DNA from: Candidatus Uhrbacteria bacterium
GTDB lineage: Bacteria > Patescibacteriota > Patescibacteriia > UBA9934
Assembly (NCBI GenBank): GCA_943359525.1
Contig: CALRHV010000003.1
Location: forward strand, 521-64,520
Length of the DNA stretch: 64,000 bases
Direction of reading: 5' to 3'
This document shows positions 28,325 through 38,193 of this stretch, in pieces. Numbering within the stretch: the first letter of the stretch is position 1; every line of letters begins with the position of its first letter. The notes beneath the pieces were generated by a model, which ran no database searches, was not told the DNA's origin, and saw only the letters and a program-made list of their open reading frames with translations. The translations under genes were made by a program, and so were the position numbers.

Positions 28325-29461
28325 TTATTTCTTTACGGAGCTTTGAATATGTTCCACTACTGCGCGTTCTGCGGAAACGATATCGGTTTGAGTAAGTGAA
28401 AGATGTGCGGCTTCGCGAGTACCGGTGGCGCGGAATGGGGCGCCAAGGAGAAGGGCGTCAAATGGGCGTTGGGCAAAGAGTTGGCCGGCGATGCCGTCGG
28501 CATGGGTTTCAAAAAGGATGAGGGCGATTTTTGCGGAAGGAGACGTCATCAAGAGTTCATCGGCGATGTCGCGAAGGGCCTCCGCGTTGGCACCAGCGGT
28601 GACGAAGTCTTGTTTGGTGATGAGTGTCCACACAAGCCCAATTGCTTCGTCGGCCTTGAGTCGGGCAAGCGCACGGCCCCACAATCGGAGAGTTTCAACG
28701 GAGCGTGTGCGGTAAAGATGCTCGACGATCTTCTCGCGATCCGCTTTCTTCTCCATCAGTTTCTGCGCAATCTCGAGCGTTTTCGGTGAAACGTTCGGCG
28801 CGCGGAAGCTCTTCGTCTTGCTCATCATGCCAGTAAGAAGTGCAGTAGCGATGTCGGCGGTAACGATCGTGTTGTCGAGATGCATGAAGAGGTTGAAGCA
28901 GACCTCGGAGACGCTCGTCGCCGTAAGATCAACGATGTTGATAGTGCCGAAATGTTCGTTCTCCGGGCCGTGGTCAATAACGACGGTTGGGGTTTTCAAA
29001 AAGAAATCCGCGTAGGTTGAAAACAGCGCACCAAGGCTTGCACGATCTGGGGCGCCAAGAACGATAATGAGGTCGTGGCGATAATCGTTCGCAGTGATCT
29101 TCACGTCACTTGGCTGCCACGTGCCAGTCTTTGGCGTGATGGTGACGACGAGATCGTTGCCATCTACCGCGTACGTCAGTCCATCAACTTTCGCACGATT
29201 GAGATCGACACGAAGCGTGAGGGCGTTGATGTTGCCAAGGTCTCCGGCAACGTCTTGAAACACGGAAAGGAATTTGAGTGCGTCTGGCGCCCGTCCACCG
29301 CTTGTGACGATAGGGCACGGAATGCCGAGGGCTTTGCACAGCGCAACAATGCTGAACGCGGCCGAAAAATCATCGACAGTTGGAGAAGCCTGAAGCACAA
29401 CCACTGGCCGCTTTGCTCGTTTGAGCGCCTCATGAAATTGTTGAAATAGCGCCAACGACAT
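28325..29461 (-). CDS. DHH/NrnA-family phosphoesterase-like protein
   Basis: PTVDD, VIDHG, NEHFGTINIVD..ATSVSE, IATALLTG...T.SF, LRLWGRAL. Confidence 0.82.
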   Translation of the reverse strand: MSLALFQQFHEALKRAKRPVVVLQASPTVDDFSAAFSIVALCKALGIPCPIVTSGGRAPDALKFLSVFQDVAGDLGNINALTLRVDLNRAKVDGLTYAVDGNDLVVTITPKTGTWQPSDVKITANDYRHDLIIVLGAPDRASLGALFSTYADFFLKTPTVVIDHGPENEHFGTINIVDLTATSVSEVCFNLFMHLDNTIVTADIATALLTGMMSKTKSFRAPNVSPKTLEIAQKLMEKKADREKIVEHLYRTRSVETLRLWGRALARLKADEAIGLVWTLITKQDFVTAGANAEALRDIADELLMTSPSAKIALILFETHADGIAGQLFAQRPFDALLLGAPFRATGTREAAHLSLTQTDIVSAERAVVEHIQSSVKK

Positions 29462-29563
29462 GCAAGAGATGAAGGAAGTGTGAGGAACTAGCCTATCGGC
29501 TGTGGAGGTTATGGTCAAGGATTTTTGTGCATGACGTATGGGTATTCGCCCAACGTTGGCCAA

Positions 29564-29654
29564 AAACGATTCACGGCCCAGCTCCGAAGAGCCGAGCCGT
29601 GAGCGTGTAGCGCGTAGTGCGTGATGCCGAGCTAGTCGCGAACGACGGTCCAGA
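29564..29654 (-). repeat. Conserved 3' element/terminator copy 1 of paralog array
   Basis: tcacggcccagctccgaagagccgagccgtga...ctagtcgcgaacga, repeated at 30253 and 30964. Confidence 0.8.
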
Positions 29655-30192
29655 TGTTCGAGTTCGGATTGAGCGTGACGGTCATCGGCCTGTCGAGGAC
29701 GAAGGATTCGCCGTGGCCTTCCACGAGAATGTCGCCTTTTCGAACGAAGACCTTCCAGGCGCACCTGGCGTTGTTCAGTCGGTCGTCCGACAGGAGGATC
29801 TCTCGTCGCGCCGCCGGCGACACGTTGCCAGCGGGGAAGATGGTTCCGTTCCACGCAAGAGACGACGCGCGGTCGAACGCCTCGTGGATTTCCCTGATCC
29901 CATCGCTTCGATCGGGGTTGCCGAGCCGCCACTCCGCGAGCCACTGTAGCGCCTCGAACAGCGCGATGATCCCGTGGTCCGTGACGGTGTTCAGCTGAGC
30001 GAACGGGATGGTGTGGTAGGGAACAGCTTCGATGGTGCCGATACCGATGCTTCGGCGCAGAGCCTCGAGCTGTCCGAACGCGGCGACACGAAGTTCATGA
30101 TTCGGCCGATGGCTGTGTTCTCGGACGAACCGGCGCGTACGGTGGAAAGCCTCGTCGATGGATGTGAGAAGCGGGTCTCGCAAGCGGTTCAT
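29632..30192 (-). CDS. ORFan paralog A (ends WTVVRD)
   Basis: Shares PY, LFxAxQxxAE, FxxGxxSPAAxREI and WxVVRD with its two neighbours. Confidence 0.8.
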   Translation of the reverse strand: MNRLRDPLLTSIDEAFHRTRRFVREHSHRPNHELRVAAFGQLEALRRSIGIGTIEAVPYHTIPFAQLNTVTDHGIIALFEALQWLAEWRLGNPDRSDGIREIHEAFDRASSLAWNGTIFPAGNVSPAARREILLSDDRLNNARCAWKVFVRKGDILVEGHGESFVLDRPMTVTLNPNSNIWTVVRD

Positions 30193-30252
30193 GAGTGCCT
30201 CGGGGGAGTGTGTAGCGAAGAGATGATAGAAATTCCTTAATCAACCGTCAAT

Positions 30253-30344
30253 AAACGAATCACGGCCCAGCCCCAGAGGAGCCGAGCCGTGCGCGTGTGG
30301 CACGTAATGTGTAGTGCCGGGCTAGTCGCGAACGACGTCCCAGA
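30253..30344 (-). repeat. Conserved 3' element/terminator copy 2
   Basis: tcacggcccagccccagaggagccgagccgtg...ctagtcgcgaacga. Confidence 0.8.
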
Positions 30345-30885
30345 TCTGGTTCTCCTCATCGAACTGGACGTTCGGCGGGATGGGTGTGACTGCGACGTTG
30401 CCGTAGCCAGTCACCATGAATGTGGGGCTAATCGGGTCGTTGTCGAATCCTTCCGCGATCCACTTACCGCGACCTTCCGGGTTCCGGAAGATCGGCAACT
30501 TGTGAATCTCCCGTTGTGCAGCAGGAGAGGCGGTCCCGTCCGGGAAGATCAGGCTGTCGCCAAAGCCTTCGTCGCCGATCTCATTGAATGCGATCACCAC
30601 GCTGCGGTGTGTCACGAGGGTATTCTCCGCAAACCGCCACTCGGCGAGGAGCTGCGCGGCGTGGAAAAGCCGGTGTACTTCACGACCTGCCTCGAAGGCG
30701 TACATCCGCGATTTCACGACACGGTACGGAATCTCCGCCATGCCGTCCCATGTCATGTTGATGTTGAACAGGGCCTGAACCCAGTCGTCGATGTGATCGC
30801 CGGGGCCTGAACGATCGATCATCCGATGGATACGTTGGACGGCGTCGAGGTATGCCTTGCACATCGCGCGCGTTGGTAGTTTCAC
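30322..30885 (-). CDS. ORFan paralog B (ends WDVVRD)
   Basis: Same motifs; GTG start with GGAG upstream. Confidence 0.8.
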   Translation of the reverse strand: MKLPTRAMCKAYLDAVQRIHRMIDRSGPGDHIDDWVQALFNINMTWDGMAEIPYRVVKSRMYAFEAGREVHRLFHAAQLLAEWRFAENTLVTHRSVVIAFNEIGDEGFGDSLIFPDGTASPAAQREIHKLPIFRNPEGRGKWIAEGFDNDPISPTFMVTGYGNVAVTPIPPNVQFDEENQIWDVVRD

Positions 30886-30963
30886 GATGGAAATCTCCGG
30901 GTTGAATGAGTGGATCCCGCAAAATACTAGCAGAATTCGCTATTTCTTTCAATACTTTTCCAA

Positions 30964-31055
30964 AAACGAATCACGGCCCAGCCCCAGAGGAGCCGAGCCG
31001 TGAGCGTACTGCACGTGGTGTGTGACACCGAACTAGTCGCGAACGATGTCCCAGA
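30964..31055 (-). repeat. Conserved 3' element/terminator copy 3
   Basis: tcacggcccagccccagaggagccgagccgtga...ctagtcgcgaacga. Confidence 0.8.
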
Positions 31056-31596
31056 CGTTCGTCTTCCGGTCGCAGCGGAAGACCGCCGGATCCAGTTCGA
31101 TGATTGCCGAGTTGCCTTCTCCGGTCACGTGGGCGGTGTAGCTCGTCGGATCCATGCCCTCCACGATCCAGTGCGCCGGGCTCCGAACACTGCCGAAGAT
31201 CGGCATCTTGCGGATTTCCCGCTGTGCCGCCGGGGAGACGTTGCCGTCCAGGAAGACCACGCTGTCCGCTGGGTCTTCATCGCCGACGTCATTGTATGCT
31301 GCGATCACATCGTGTTCCGTCACATCGGTTCCGGGCTGGCGCATGTACTCCGCCTGGAGTTGTGTTGCTTGGAAGAGACGCCAGATTTCGCGGCCAATGC
31401 CGAAGGGGAGCACTCGAGAATCCACGAGTCGGTATGGTATGACTGCCGGATTCTCGTACGCGAGGACAATCGTGCTCATCGCCGCGAGCGAGAACGAGGC
31501 ATTCTCGCTGCGATCTCCGTCGGGGAACTTCCGCTGAAGGCGTTCTACGGCATTCAAGAAGGAGAGGAGGATCGTGGGTGTCAGCATGCGTGCCAT
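31033..31596 (-). CDS. ORFan paralog C (ends WDIVRD)
   Basis: Same motifs as A and B. Confidence 0.8.
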   Translation of the reverse strand: MARMLTPTILLSFLNAVERLQRKFPDGDRSENASFSLAAMSTIVLAYENPAVIPYRLVDSRVLPFGIGREIWRLFQATQLQAEYMRQPGTDVTEHDVIAAYNDVGDEDPADSVVFLDGNVSPAAQREIRKMPIFGSVRSPAHWIVEGMDPTSYTAHVTGEGNSAIIELDPAVFRCDRKTNVWDIVRD

Positions 31597-31711
31597 TGAA
31601 AGGTTCTGGAGAACGACGACTGTCCGGCCGTCTGCGGTGCGTTGGGGAAGATCCCCGCGGACGGAGCAATCTACCCCAAAACCTGCTTTTCGTCTACACT
31701 TCGTCCTATCT

Positions 31712-34333
31712 ATGGCGAACGAAATGGCAAAAGCGTATGAGGCGAGGCTCGTGGAGGACGGAATTTACAATTCTTGGCTAACATCAGGTTATTTCACGCC
31801 GGAGAATCTGCCGAATGTTACGGATTCTACCGAGGCTTTTACCGTCGTCATGCCACCGCCAAACGTGACGGGGGTGTTGCACCTTGGCCATGCGCTCGAG
31901 AATTCCCTCATGGATGCGATGGCCCGGTATCAGCGTTTGCTGGGAAAGAAGGTGTTGCTGATTCCGGGAACTGATCATGCGGCGATCGCCACGCAAGCAA
32001 AAGTGGAGAAGAAGTTGATGAGCGAAGGCGTGAAAAATCCTCGTCAGGAACTTGGGCGCGATGCACTCGTGGAAAAGATTCGTGAATTTGCTGAAGGTTC
32101 AAAGGCGACGATTTTGAAGCAGGTGAAAAAATTAGGAACCAGCGCCGACTGGAGTCGTTTGGCATACACGTTCGATGACAAACGCAACGTAGCGGTGAAT
32201 GAGCTCTTTACTCGCATGTACAGCGACGGCCTTATTTACCGTGGTTATCGCGTGGTGAACTGGTCGGTGAAGGGTCAGTCTACGTGTTCCGACGACGAGA
32301 TCGAAACGATCGAGCGCGAATCCGTGCTCTACACATTCAAATACGGAAAAGATTTTCCGATTGCCATCTCAACAACACGTCCAGAAACGAAAGTCGGCGA
32401 TACGGCTGTTGCAGTGCATCCAACAGATGATCGATACAAGGCGTTTATCGGAAAAACCTTTGATGTTGAATTTGCGGGAGCGAAGCTTTCGATCAAGATC
32501 ATCGCGAGCGAAGACGTTGATCCATCATTCGGAACCGGAGCACTCGGCGTTACTCCAGCACATAGCGCGATCGACTTTGGCATGTACGAAGTGCAGAAGG
32601 CAAAGCAGGATCCTATTGAAATTACGCAAGTCATCGGTGCGGACGGAAAGATGACCGCAGATGCAGGGTCGGTTGCGGGAATCGGTTTCGAAGCTGCACG
32701 AGAATCGATCGTTGCGTGGTTGAAGGAACAGAGCCTTCTCGAAAAAGAGGAAAAGGTTGTGCAGAACGTCGGCACGTCTGATCGGTACGGCGACGTCATT
32801 GAGGCAATTCCAATGACGCAGTGGTGGTTGAACGTGAATAAGATGATTCCGAATCGCGGCAAGACGCTGCGCGATTTGATGCGTGAAGCGGTAACGACCG
32901 GACTCGATGGCAAATCGGATCAGAAAGTGTCGATTACGCCAGATCGGTTTACAAAACTCTACCTGGATCGTGTTGAGAATCTCCGCGATTGGTGTCTTTC
33001 TCGTCAGCTGTGGTGGGGCCACAGAATTCCTGCGTGGTATCGCGGAGAAGAGATTGTTGTTGGGCCAAAACCAGAAGGCGATGGTTGGATTCAAGACGAG
33101 GACACGCTCGACACTTGGTTCAGTTCCGGCTCGTGGACGTTCTCGACGCTCGGTTGGCCTGAACAAACAACCGATCTCAAAAACTATCATCCAACACACT
33201 GGATTCAGATGGGATATGAAATTTTGTATCTCTGGTTGATGCGCATGATTTTGATGAGCACATACGCGTTGAATCAGATTCCGTTCAAGGACGCCTATAT
33301 TCACGGCATCTTACGAGATAAGGACGGAAAGAAGTTTTCGAAATCATCGGGAAACGGAATCGATCCGATTGAGGTGATCGAGGAGTACGGTTGCGATGCG
33401 CTTCGCATCTCGGTGCTTTCCGGCAACACGCCGGGAAATGATTCGCGGTATTACACAGAAAAAGTGGAAGCTGCGCGCAACCTTGTGAACAAGCTGTGGA
33501 ACATTTCGCGATTCATCTTTACGAATGCTGACGGTGCGCGTCACATCGAATCCGTAACTCCAAAAACGCTTGCCGACAAATGGATTCTTGCGCGCTTCAG
33601 CGAGACGACGAAGAAGGTAAGTTCACTCATCGATCGTTACGATTTCTCCCTTGCGATCGAAGTATTGCGCGACTTTACATGGAATGATTTTGCTGACTGG
33701 TACCTCGAGATTGCGAAGATTGAAAAAGAAAAAGACGACGTTCTTCTCTACATTCTCGAGCGTTTGCTCATCCTTTGGCATCCATTCGCGCCATTCGTTA
33801 CGGAGGAAATCTACAAGAATTTCGACTCTGGAATGATCATCGTCGCCAAGTGGCCAGCCGTCGAGTATGAATTGTCGTCAGAGGATCAATCGGCCTTTGA
33901 GCAGGTGTGTTCGACGGTGATCGCCGTTCGAAACTATCTGTCCGAGCACAAAACATTACCGAAGGACGTTGAATCGATTACGATGGTGAATGCTGGTGCT
34001 TTGGCTGAAATGGAATCGATTATTGGTGGATTGACTAAGGTGAGGTCGATCCGTTCGAGTAACGAGCGCCCAGAATCGATCACGCCGATCGTGGTCGGTG
34101 CCGCGCAAATCTTTGTGCAATTGCCGTCTGTTGATGCTGCATCGGAAAAAGTGCGCATTGAATCGGGAATCGCCGAAGCAACGAAGTTCATCGCAGCCCA
34201 AGAATCAAAGCTCGCGAATGCGGATTTTGTGGCTCGTGCGCCAGAAAAGGTGATTGCGGGGGAGCGGCAGAAGTTAGCAGATTTGCAAGAGAAACTTGCT
34301 GCGTTGCAAAAGGAGCACGCAGCGCTTCTGTAA
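31712..34333 (+). CDS. valS: Valine--tRNA ligase
   Basis: PPPNVTGVLHLGH, PGTDHAAIATQ, TTRPET, DWCLSRQLWWGH, DTLDTWFSS, KFSKS, C-terminal coiled coil. Confidence 0.98.
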   Translation: MANEMAKAYEARLVEDGIYNSWLTSGYFTPENLPNVTDSTEAFTVVMPPPNVTGVLHLGHALENSLMDAMARYQRLLGKKVLLIPGTDHAAIATQAKVEKKLMSEGVKNPRQELGRDALVEKIREFAEGSKATILKQVKKLGTSADWSRLAYTFDDKRNVAVNELFTRMYSDGLIYRGYRVVNWSVKGQSTCSDDEIETIERESVLYTFKYGKDFPIAISTTRPETKVGDTAVAVHPTDDRYKAFIGKTFDVEFAGAKLSIKIIASEDVDPSFGTGALGVTPAHSAIDFGMYEVQKAKQDPIEITQVIGADGKMTADAGSVAGIGFEAARESIVAWLKEQSLLEKEEKVVQNVGTSDRYGDVIEAIPMTQWWLNVNKMIPNRGKTLRDLMREAVTTGLDGKSDQKVSITPDRFTKLYLDRVENLRDWCLSRQLWWGHRIPAWYRGEEIVVGPKPEGDGWIQDEDTLDTWFSSGSWTFSTLGWPEQTTDLKNYHPTHWIQMGYEILYLWLMRMILMSTYALNQIPFKDAYIHGILRDKDGKKFSKSSGNGIDPIEVIEEYGCDALRISVLSGNTPGNDSRYYTEKVEAARNLVNKLWNISRFIFTNADGARHIESVTPKTLADKWILARFSETTKKVSSLIDRYDFSLAIEVLRDFTWNDFADWYLEIAKIEKEKDDVLLYILERLLILWHPFAPFVTEEIYKNFDSGMIIVAKWPAVEYELSSEDQSAFEQVCSTVIAVRNYLSEHKTLPKDVESITMVNAGALAEMESIIGGLTKVRSIRSSNERPESITPIVVGAAQIFVQLPSVDAASEKVRIESGIAEATKFIAAQESKLANADFVARAPEKVIAGERQKLADLQEKLAALQKEHAALL

Positions 34334-34380
34334 TGCTGTTGTTTCTGATAGAATTCTAATAATAGTCACTAAAGATTCAT

Positions 34381-34584
34381 ATGGCTTCTCTCTTGGCAAA
34401 GGTTCGAAAAGGGTCAGCAGCGTCGCAAACAATCTCGCTTGAGATGAATGCTCGATCGTTCGAGCGTCTTGCGGCGAGCTTTGGTTTTTTTAGTGATTCG
34501 TTTTTAAAAAGCATTCAACGGGCAGAGCGCGATATCAAGGCCGGACGAGTCCGTACGATTACTTCGCTTGCCGACCTAGAATAG
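34381..34584 (+). CDS. Putative antitoxin
   Basis: 67 aa, FLKSIQRAERDIKAGRV, immediately upstream of a RelE-like toxin. Confidence 0.7.
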   Translation: MASLLAKVRKGSAASQTISLEMNARSFERLAASFGFFSDSFLKSIQRAERDIKAGRVRTITSLADLE

Positions 34585-34587
34585 CGT

Positions 34588-34860
34588 ATGCTGACCGTCC
34601 AAGTTGCGGACGAATTTACTGAGCGTTACCTTGCCCTTCCTCTATCTCTTCGAAAGAAAGTGCGGAAGCAAGAAATTCTCTTCCGAGAAAATCCATTTCA
34701 TCCTTCATTGAATACTGAAAAGCTTGAACCGAAAGGAAAACAGATGTGGAGTTTTCGGGTGGACCATCGGTATCGTGTCTTGTTCCGCTTTGAAGATCGA
34801 AATCTTGTTACGCTACTAACGGTCGGACCACATGATTGGATCTATAAGATTGCACTGTAG
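34588..34860 (+). CDS. RelE/ParE-superfamily type II toxin
   Basis: NPFHPSLNTEKL, WSFRVD..YRVLF, VGPHD.IY. Confidence 0.85.
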   Translation: MLTVQVADEFTERYLALPLSLRKKVRKQEILFRENPFHPSLNTEKLEPKGKQMWSFRVDHRYRVLFRFEDRNLVTLLTVGPHDWIYKIAL

Positions 34861-34862
34861 AT

Positions 34863-35234
34863 ATGAAATTTTCTCTCGGCGCGCATCTCATCTTTGTCTC
34901 AAGCGTAGAAGCATCGAAAGCTTTCTATCGTGACATTCTTGGATTTGAGCTCGTCGAGGAGAATCCGCACTTCACTGAATATACATTGCCCGGCGGGCGG
35001 TTGTACGTTGAGGAAAAGAATCCCAGCCGGGCAAAGGGTTTTGACAGCGTTCATATTGGTGGGCCAACAGGAGTCGTTTTGGCGGTTGAAAATATTCGTG
35101 CAATAGTTGAAGAATTGCGATCGAAGGGTGTACAGGTGATCATTGAGCCGGTCGAGCAGGTCTGGGGTGGTTGGAATGCGGTCATCGCAGATTCTGACGG
35201 GAACGAATTTATTCTGGATGAAGATCACGCGTAA
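34863..35234 (+). CDS. VOC/glyoxalase family protein
   Basis: FYRDILG, LRSKGV..EP.EQ.WGG, DSDGN. Confidence 0.9.
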   Translation: MKFSLGAHLIFVSSVEASKAFYRDILGFELVEENPHFTEYTLPGGRLYVEEKNPSRAKGFDSVHIGGPTGVVLAVENIRAIVEELRSKGVQVIIEPVEQVWGGWNAVIADSDGNEFILDEDHA

Positions 35235-35238
35235 CTCT

Positions 35239-36450
35239 ATGAATGTTATTACCGATGAACAAAAGATTGATCGCCTTCTTACCCGTGGTGTTGCCGCCGT
35301 GTATCCAACTGCAGAAAAACTGCGAGAGCTGTTGATGAGTGGGAAGCGATTGCGGTTGTACAACGGCATTGATCCAACGGCGCCGTTCATGCATATCGGC
35401 CACGCGATGCAGCTTCGAAAACTTCGTGAGTTCCAAGATCTTGGTCACGAAGTAATCATGCTTATCGGCTCGTTTACCGCGATGATCGGGGATCCTACCG
35501 ATAAACTCGCAACACGAAAGCAACTCACAAAAGCTGAGGTGCTCGCGAATGCTGCAACGTATAAAAAACAAGCGTCGAAGATTTTGAAGTTCTCTGGATC
35601 GAATTCGGCAAAACTAATGTTCAACGACAAGTGGTTGGCAAAGATGAGCTTTGCCGACGTCGTCGATCTCTCGAGTCACTTTACCGTTCAGCAGATGATG
35701 GAGCGCGATATGTTTCAGAAGCGATCGGCGGAACAGAAGCCGATTTACCTTCACGAATTCTTTTATCCATTGATGCAGGGTTACGATTCGGTAGCGATGG
35801 ATGTGGATCTTGAGGTCGGAGGAAATGACCAGACGTTCAACATGCTTGCTGGTCGAACGCTCATGCGGGAGATGAAGCAGAAAGAAAAGTATGTGCTTAC
35901 AATCTCGTTGCTCACGAACAGCGACGGAAAGAAGATGAGCAAGAGCGAAGGCGGAATCATTGCGCTGAACGATGCGCCGGAGGATATGTTCGGAAAGATT
36001 ATGGCGATGGACGACAGCATGATCGTTCCATACTTCGAGCTCACAACTGATCTTGAAGACGATGAAATCACCGCGGTCGAATCCGCGATTGCAGGTGGTA
36101 TGAATCCACGCGATGCAAAGATGCGCTTAGCCGAGACTGTTGTAGCGATGTATCACAGCGCCAAAGCGGCCAAAGAGGCAAAGAAGCACTTTACACAAGT
36201 GTTTAGCAACAAAGAAATGCCGGATGTCATTCCAGAACTTTCAATGGGCGGTCGGAACATGACGATCGTTGATGCGCTGGTTGAAGCTGGATTCGCGTCG
36301 TCGAATGGTGATGCAAAACGATTGATTCAAGAGGGTGCGGTAAAGATTGATGCTACAGTTATTTCCGATCCGATGACGCAAGTTGCGCCGCAGGTCGGCG
36401 GATCAATTCTGCAAAAAGGCAAACGATTCTTCGTGAAACTTCTTCCATAA
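35239..36450 (+). CDS. tyrS: Tyrosine--tRNA ligase
   Basis: GIDPT..HIGH, IGDPT, YPLMQGYDS, GGNDQTFN, KMSKS, S4 domain. Confidence 0.98.
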   Translation: MNVITDEQKIDRLLTRGVAAVYPTAEKLRELLMSGKRLRLYNGIDPTAPFMHIGHAMQLRKLREFQDLGHEVIMLIGSFTAMIGDPTDKLATRKQLTKAEVLANAATYKKQASKILKFSGSNSAKLMFNDKWLAKMSFADVVDLSSHFTVQQMMERDMFQKRSAEQKPIYLHEFFYPLMQGYDSVAMDVDLEVGGNDQTFNMLAGRTLMREMKQKEKYVLTISLLTNSDGKKMSKSEGGIIALNDAPEDMFGKIMAMDDSMIVPYFELTTDLEDDEITAVESAIAGGMNPRDAKMRLAETVVAMYHSAKAAKEAKKHFTQVFSNKEMPDVIPELSMGGRNMTIVDALVEAGFASSNGDAKRLIQEGAVKIDATVISDPMTQVAPQVGGSILQKGKRFFVKLLP

Positions 36451-36451
36451 T

Positions 36452-38158
36452 ATGACCGCACGAAGCGTTGCAAGAAAAGAGGTGTATACCGCGCTCAAAA
36501 AGGCGTTAGGGAAAACGTACACGCTTACGGCCGACATGATTGCGTCGCCGCCAAAGCCGGGGTTTGGCGATTTAAGTTTCCCGTGCTTTACGTTGGCGAA
36601 GGGTATGGGTCGGAATCCGACAGAGATTGCTACCGAGCTTGCAGCAAAGATTGGCCCGTCGAAGATGATCAAAAAAATCACATCGGCCGGACCATACGTA
36701 AACTTCACGTTTGACGATGAAGCGTTCGGTGCCCATGTTCTTGATGATGTTTTGAAATTGAAGAAGCGTTACGGACGAAGCACAACAGGGAAAGGAAAGC
36801 GTGTTCTTGTGGAATACGCACAGCCTAACACGCATAAAGAATTTCACGTCGGCCATCTTCGGAATGCTATTTACGGTCAGTCAATTGTGAATCTTGTGAC
36901 TGCGAACGGGTACGACACGATTGCCGCGGCATATATCGGCGACATTGGCGCTCACGTTGCGAAGGCCATTTGGGGATTTAAAAAGTTCTACGGTGATGAA
37001 ACGATCGCGAAGGAAGATCGCGCTAAAGTACTTGGCGATGCATACACGAGGGCTACGCAATCTGCCGACGAACATCCTGAGGCGAAGGAGGAAATTTCCG
37101 ATATTCAACGAAAGCTCGAAGCTGAGGAGCAGCCGTGGCTTGGGCTGTGGAAAGAGACACGCGAATGGAGCCTCGATGAATTCCGAAAAGTTTTTGCTGA
37201 GCTCGGTGTGAAGCCTGGCGTGTGGTATTACGAAAGCGAGGTAGAGAAGCCGGGGAAGGAGCTTGTGCGAAAGATGCTCACCGATGGAATAGCGAAGAAA
37301 AGTGAGGGCGCAACGATTGTTGATCTTGCCGATGAAAATCTTGGTGCGTTCCTTGTTCTGAAAACGGATGGATCATCGCTATACGCCACGAAAGACCTTG
37401 CGCTTGCACTGCAGAAAGATCGCGACTACGCGCCGGACCGTCAGATTTTCGTTATCGACGTTCGCCAGTCGCTCTACATGAAACAGCTGTTCGCTACATT
37501 GAAGCGCCTCGATTTTCATAAGGAGCTCGTGCATGTTGGATATGAGATGGTCACGCTTCCAGACGGTGCGATGTCGTCGCGTAAGGGAAATATTGTCCGT
37601 TATGACGAACTTCGCGATGCGATGTTCCAAGCGTTGGTCGATTCAACAAAACTTCGTCATCCAGAATGGAAGGAGAAGGTGGTGAATGCGAACGCGCTCA
37701 TCATCGCGCTCGCAGCAATGAAGTTCATGATGTTGCGCCAGGATCCGGGAAAGATTCTGGTGTTCGATATGGAAGAGGCAATGGCGACGGACGGGTTTAC
37801 TGGCCCGTATATTTTGTACACGATTGCTCGCATCAACAGCTTGCACGCAAAGACGAAAGTGTCGGCGTTCCCGTTGGCGTCGGCGCTCGTCGATCCTCAA
37901 GAAGTTCAGTTGTTACGTAAAGTGTCGGAGTATCCCGATGTTGTTGCGCAGGCTGGAACAGAAATGCGGCCGTCGTTGGTGTGTTTGTTCGCATTTGAGC
38001 TTGCGCAGATGTTTTCTCGGTACTATGCCGAGGTACATATGATCGACGAAGAACAGCCGTCGCTTACCGCGGCAAGACTTGGACTCGCCGATGTGGTGAG
38101 TTCGACACTCACGAACGCTATGGAGATTCTTGGAATTCCAGTTGTGAAAGCAATGTAA
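36452..38158 (+). CDS. argS: Arginine--tRNA ligase
   Basis: EYAQPN..K.FHVGHLRN, LKTDG..LY.TKDL, MSSRKG, TGPYILY..ARI. Confidence 0.97.
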   Translation: MTARSVARKEVYTALKKALGKTYTLTADMIASPPKPGFGDLSFPCFTLAKGMGRNPTEIATELAAKIGPSKMIKKITSAGPYVNFTFDDEAFGAHVLDDVLKLKKRYGRSTTGKGKRVLVEYAQPNTHKEFHVGHLRNAIYGQSIVNLVTANGYDTIAAAYIGDIGAHVAKAIWGFKKFYGDETIAKEDRAKVLGDAYTRATQSADEHPEAKEEISDIQRKLEAEEQPWLGLWKETREWSLDEFRKVFAELGVKPGVWYYESEVEKPGKELVRKMLTDGIAKKSEGATIVDLADENLGAFLVLKTDGSSLYATKDLALALQKDRDYAPDRQIFVIDVRQSLYMKQLFATLKRLDFHKELVHVGYEMVTLPDGAMSSRKGNIVRYDELRDAMFQALVDSTKLRHPEWKEKVVNANALIIALAAMKFMMLRQDPGKILVFDMEEAMATDGFTGPYILYTIARINSLHAKTKVSAFPLASALVDPQEVQLLRKVSEYPDVVAQAGTEMRPSLVCLFAFELAQMFSRYYAEVHMIDEEQPSLTAARLGLADVVSSTLTNAMEILGIPVVKAM

Positions 38159-38193
38159 TTGTGATACTGAAGAACTAAATAATTTCTATCTTT

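Noticed and set aside
28325-29944. 539-aa version of the DHH protein
   Set aside because: The N-terminal 161 aa are out-of-frame read-through of paralog A and its terminator; a TTGACC-17-TAGGCT promoter supports a start at 29461
29564-31055. Repeats as a CRISPR array or integron attC sites
   Set aside because: Spacing is ~700 bp with whole genes between; no cas or integrase gene; no clear RYYYAAC/GTTRRRY boxes
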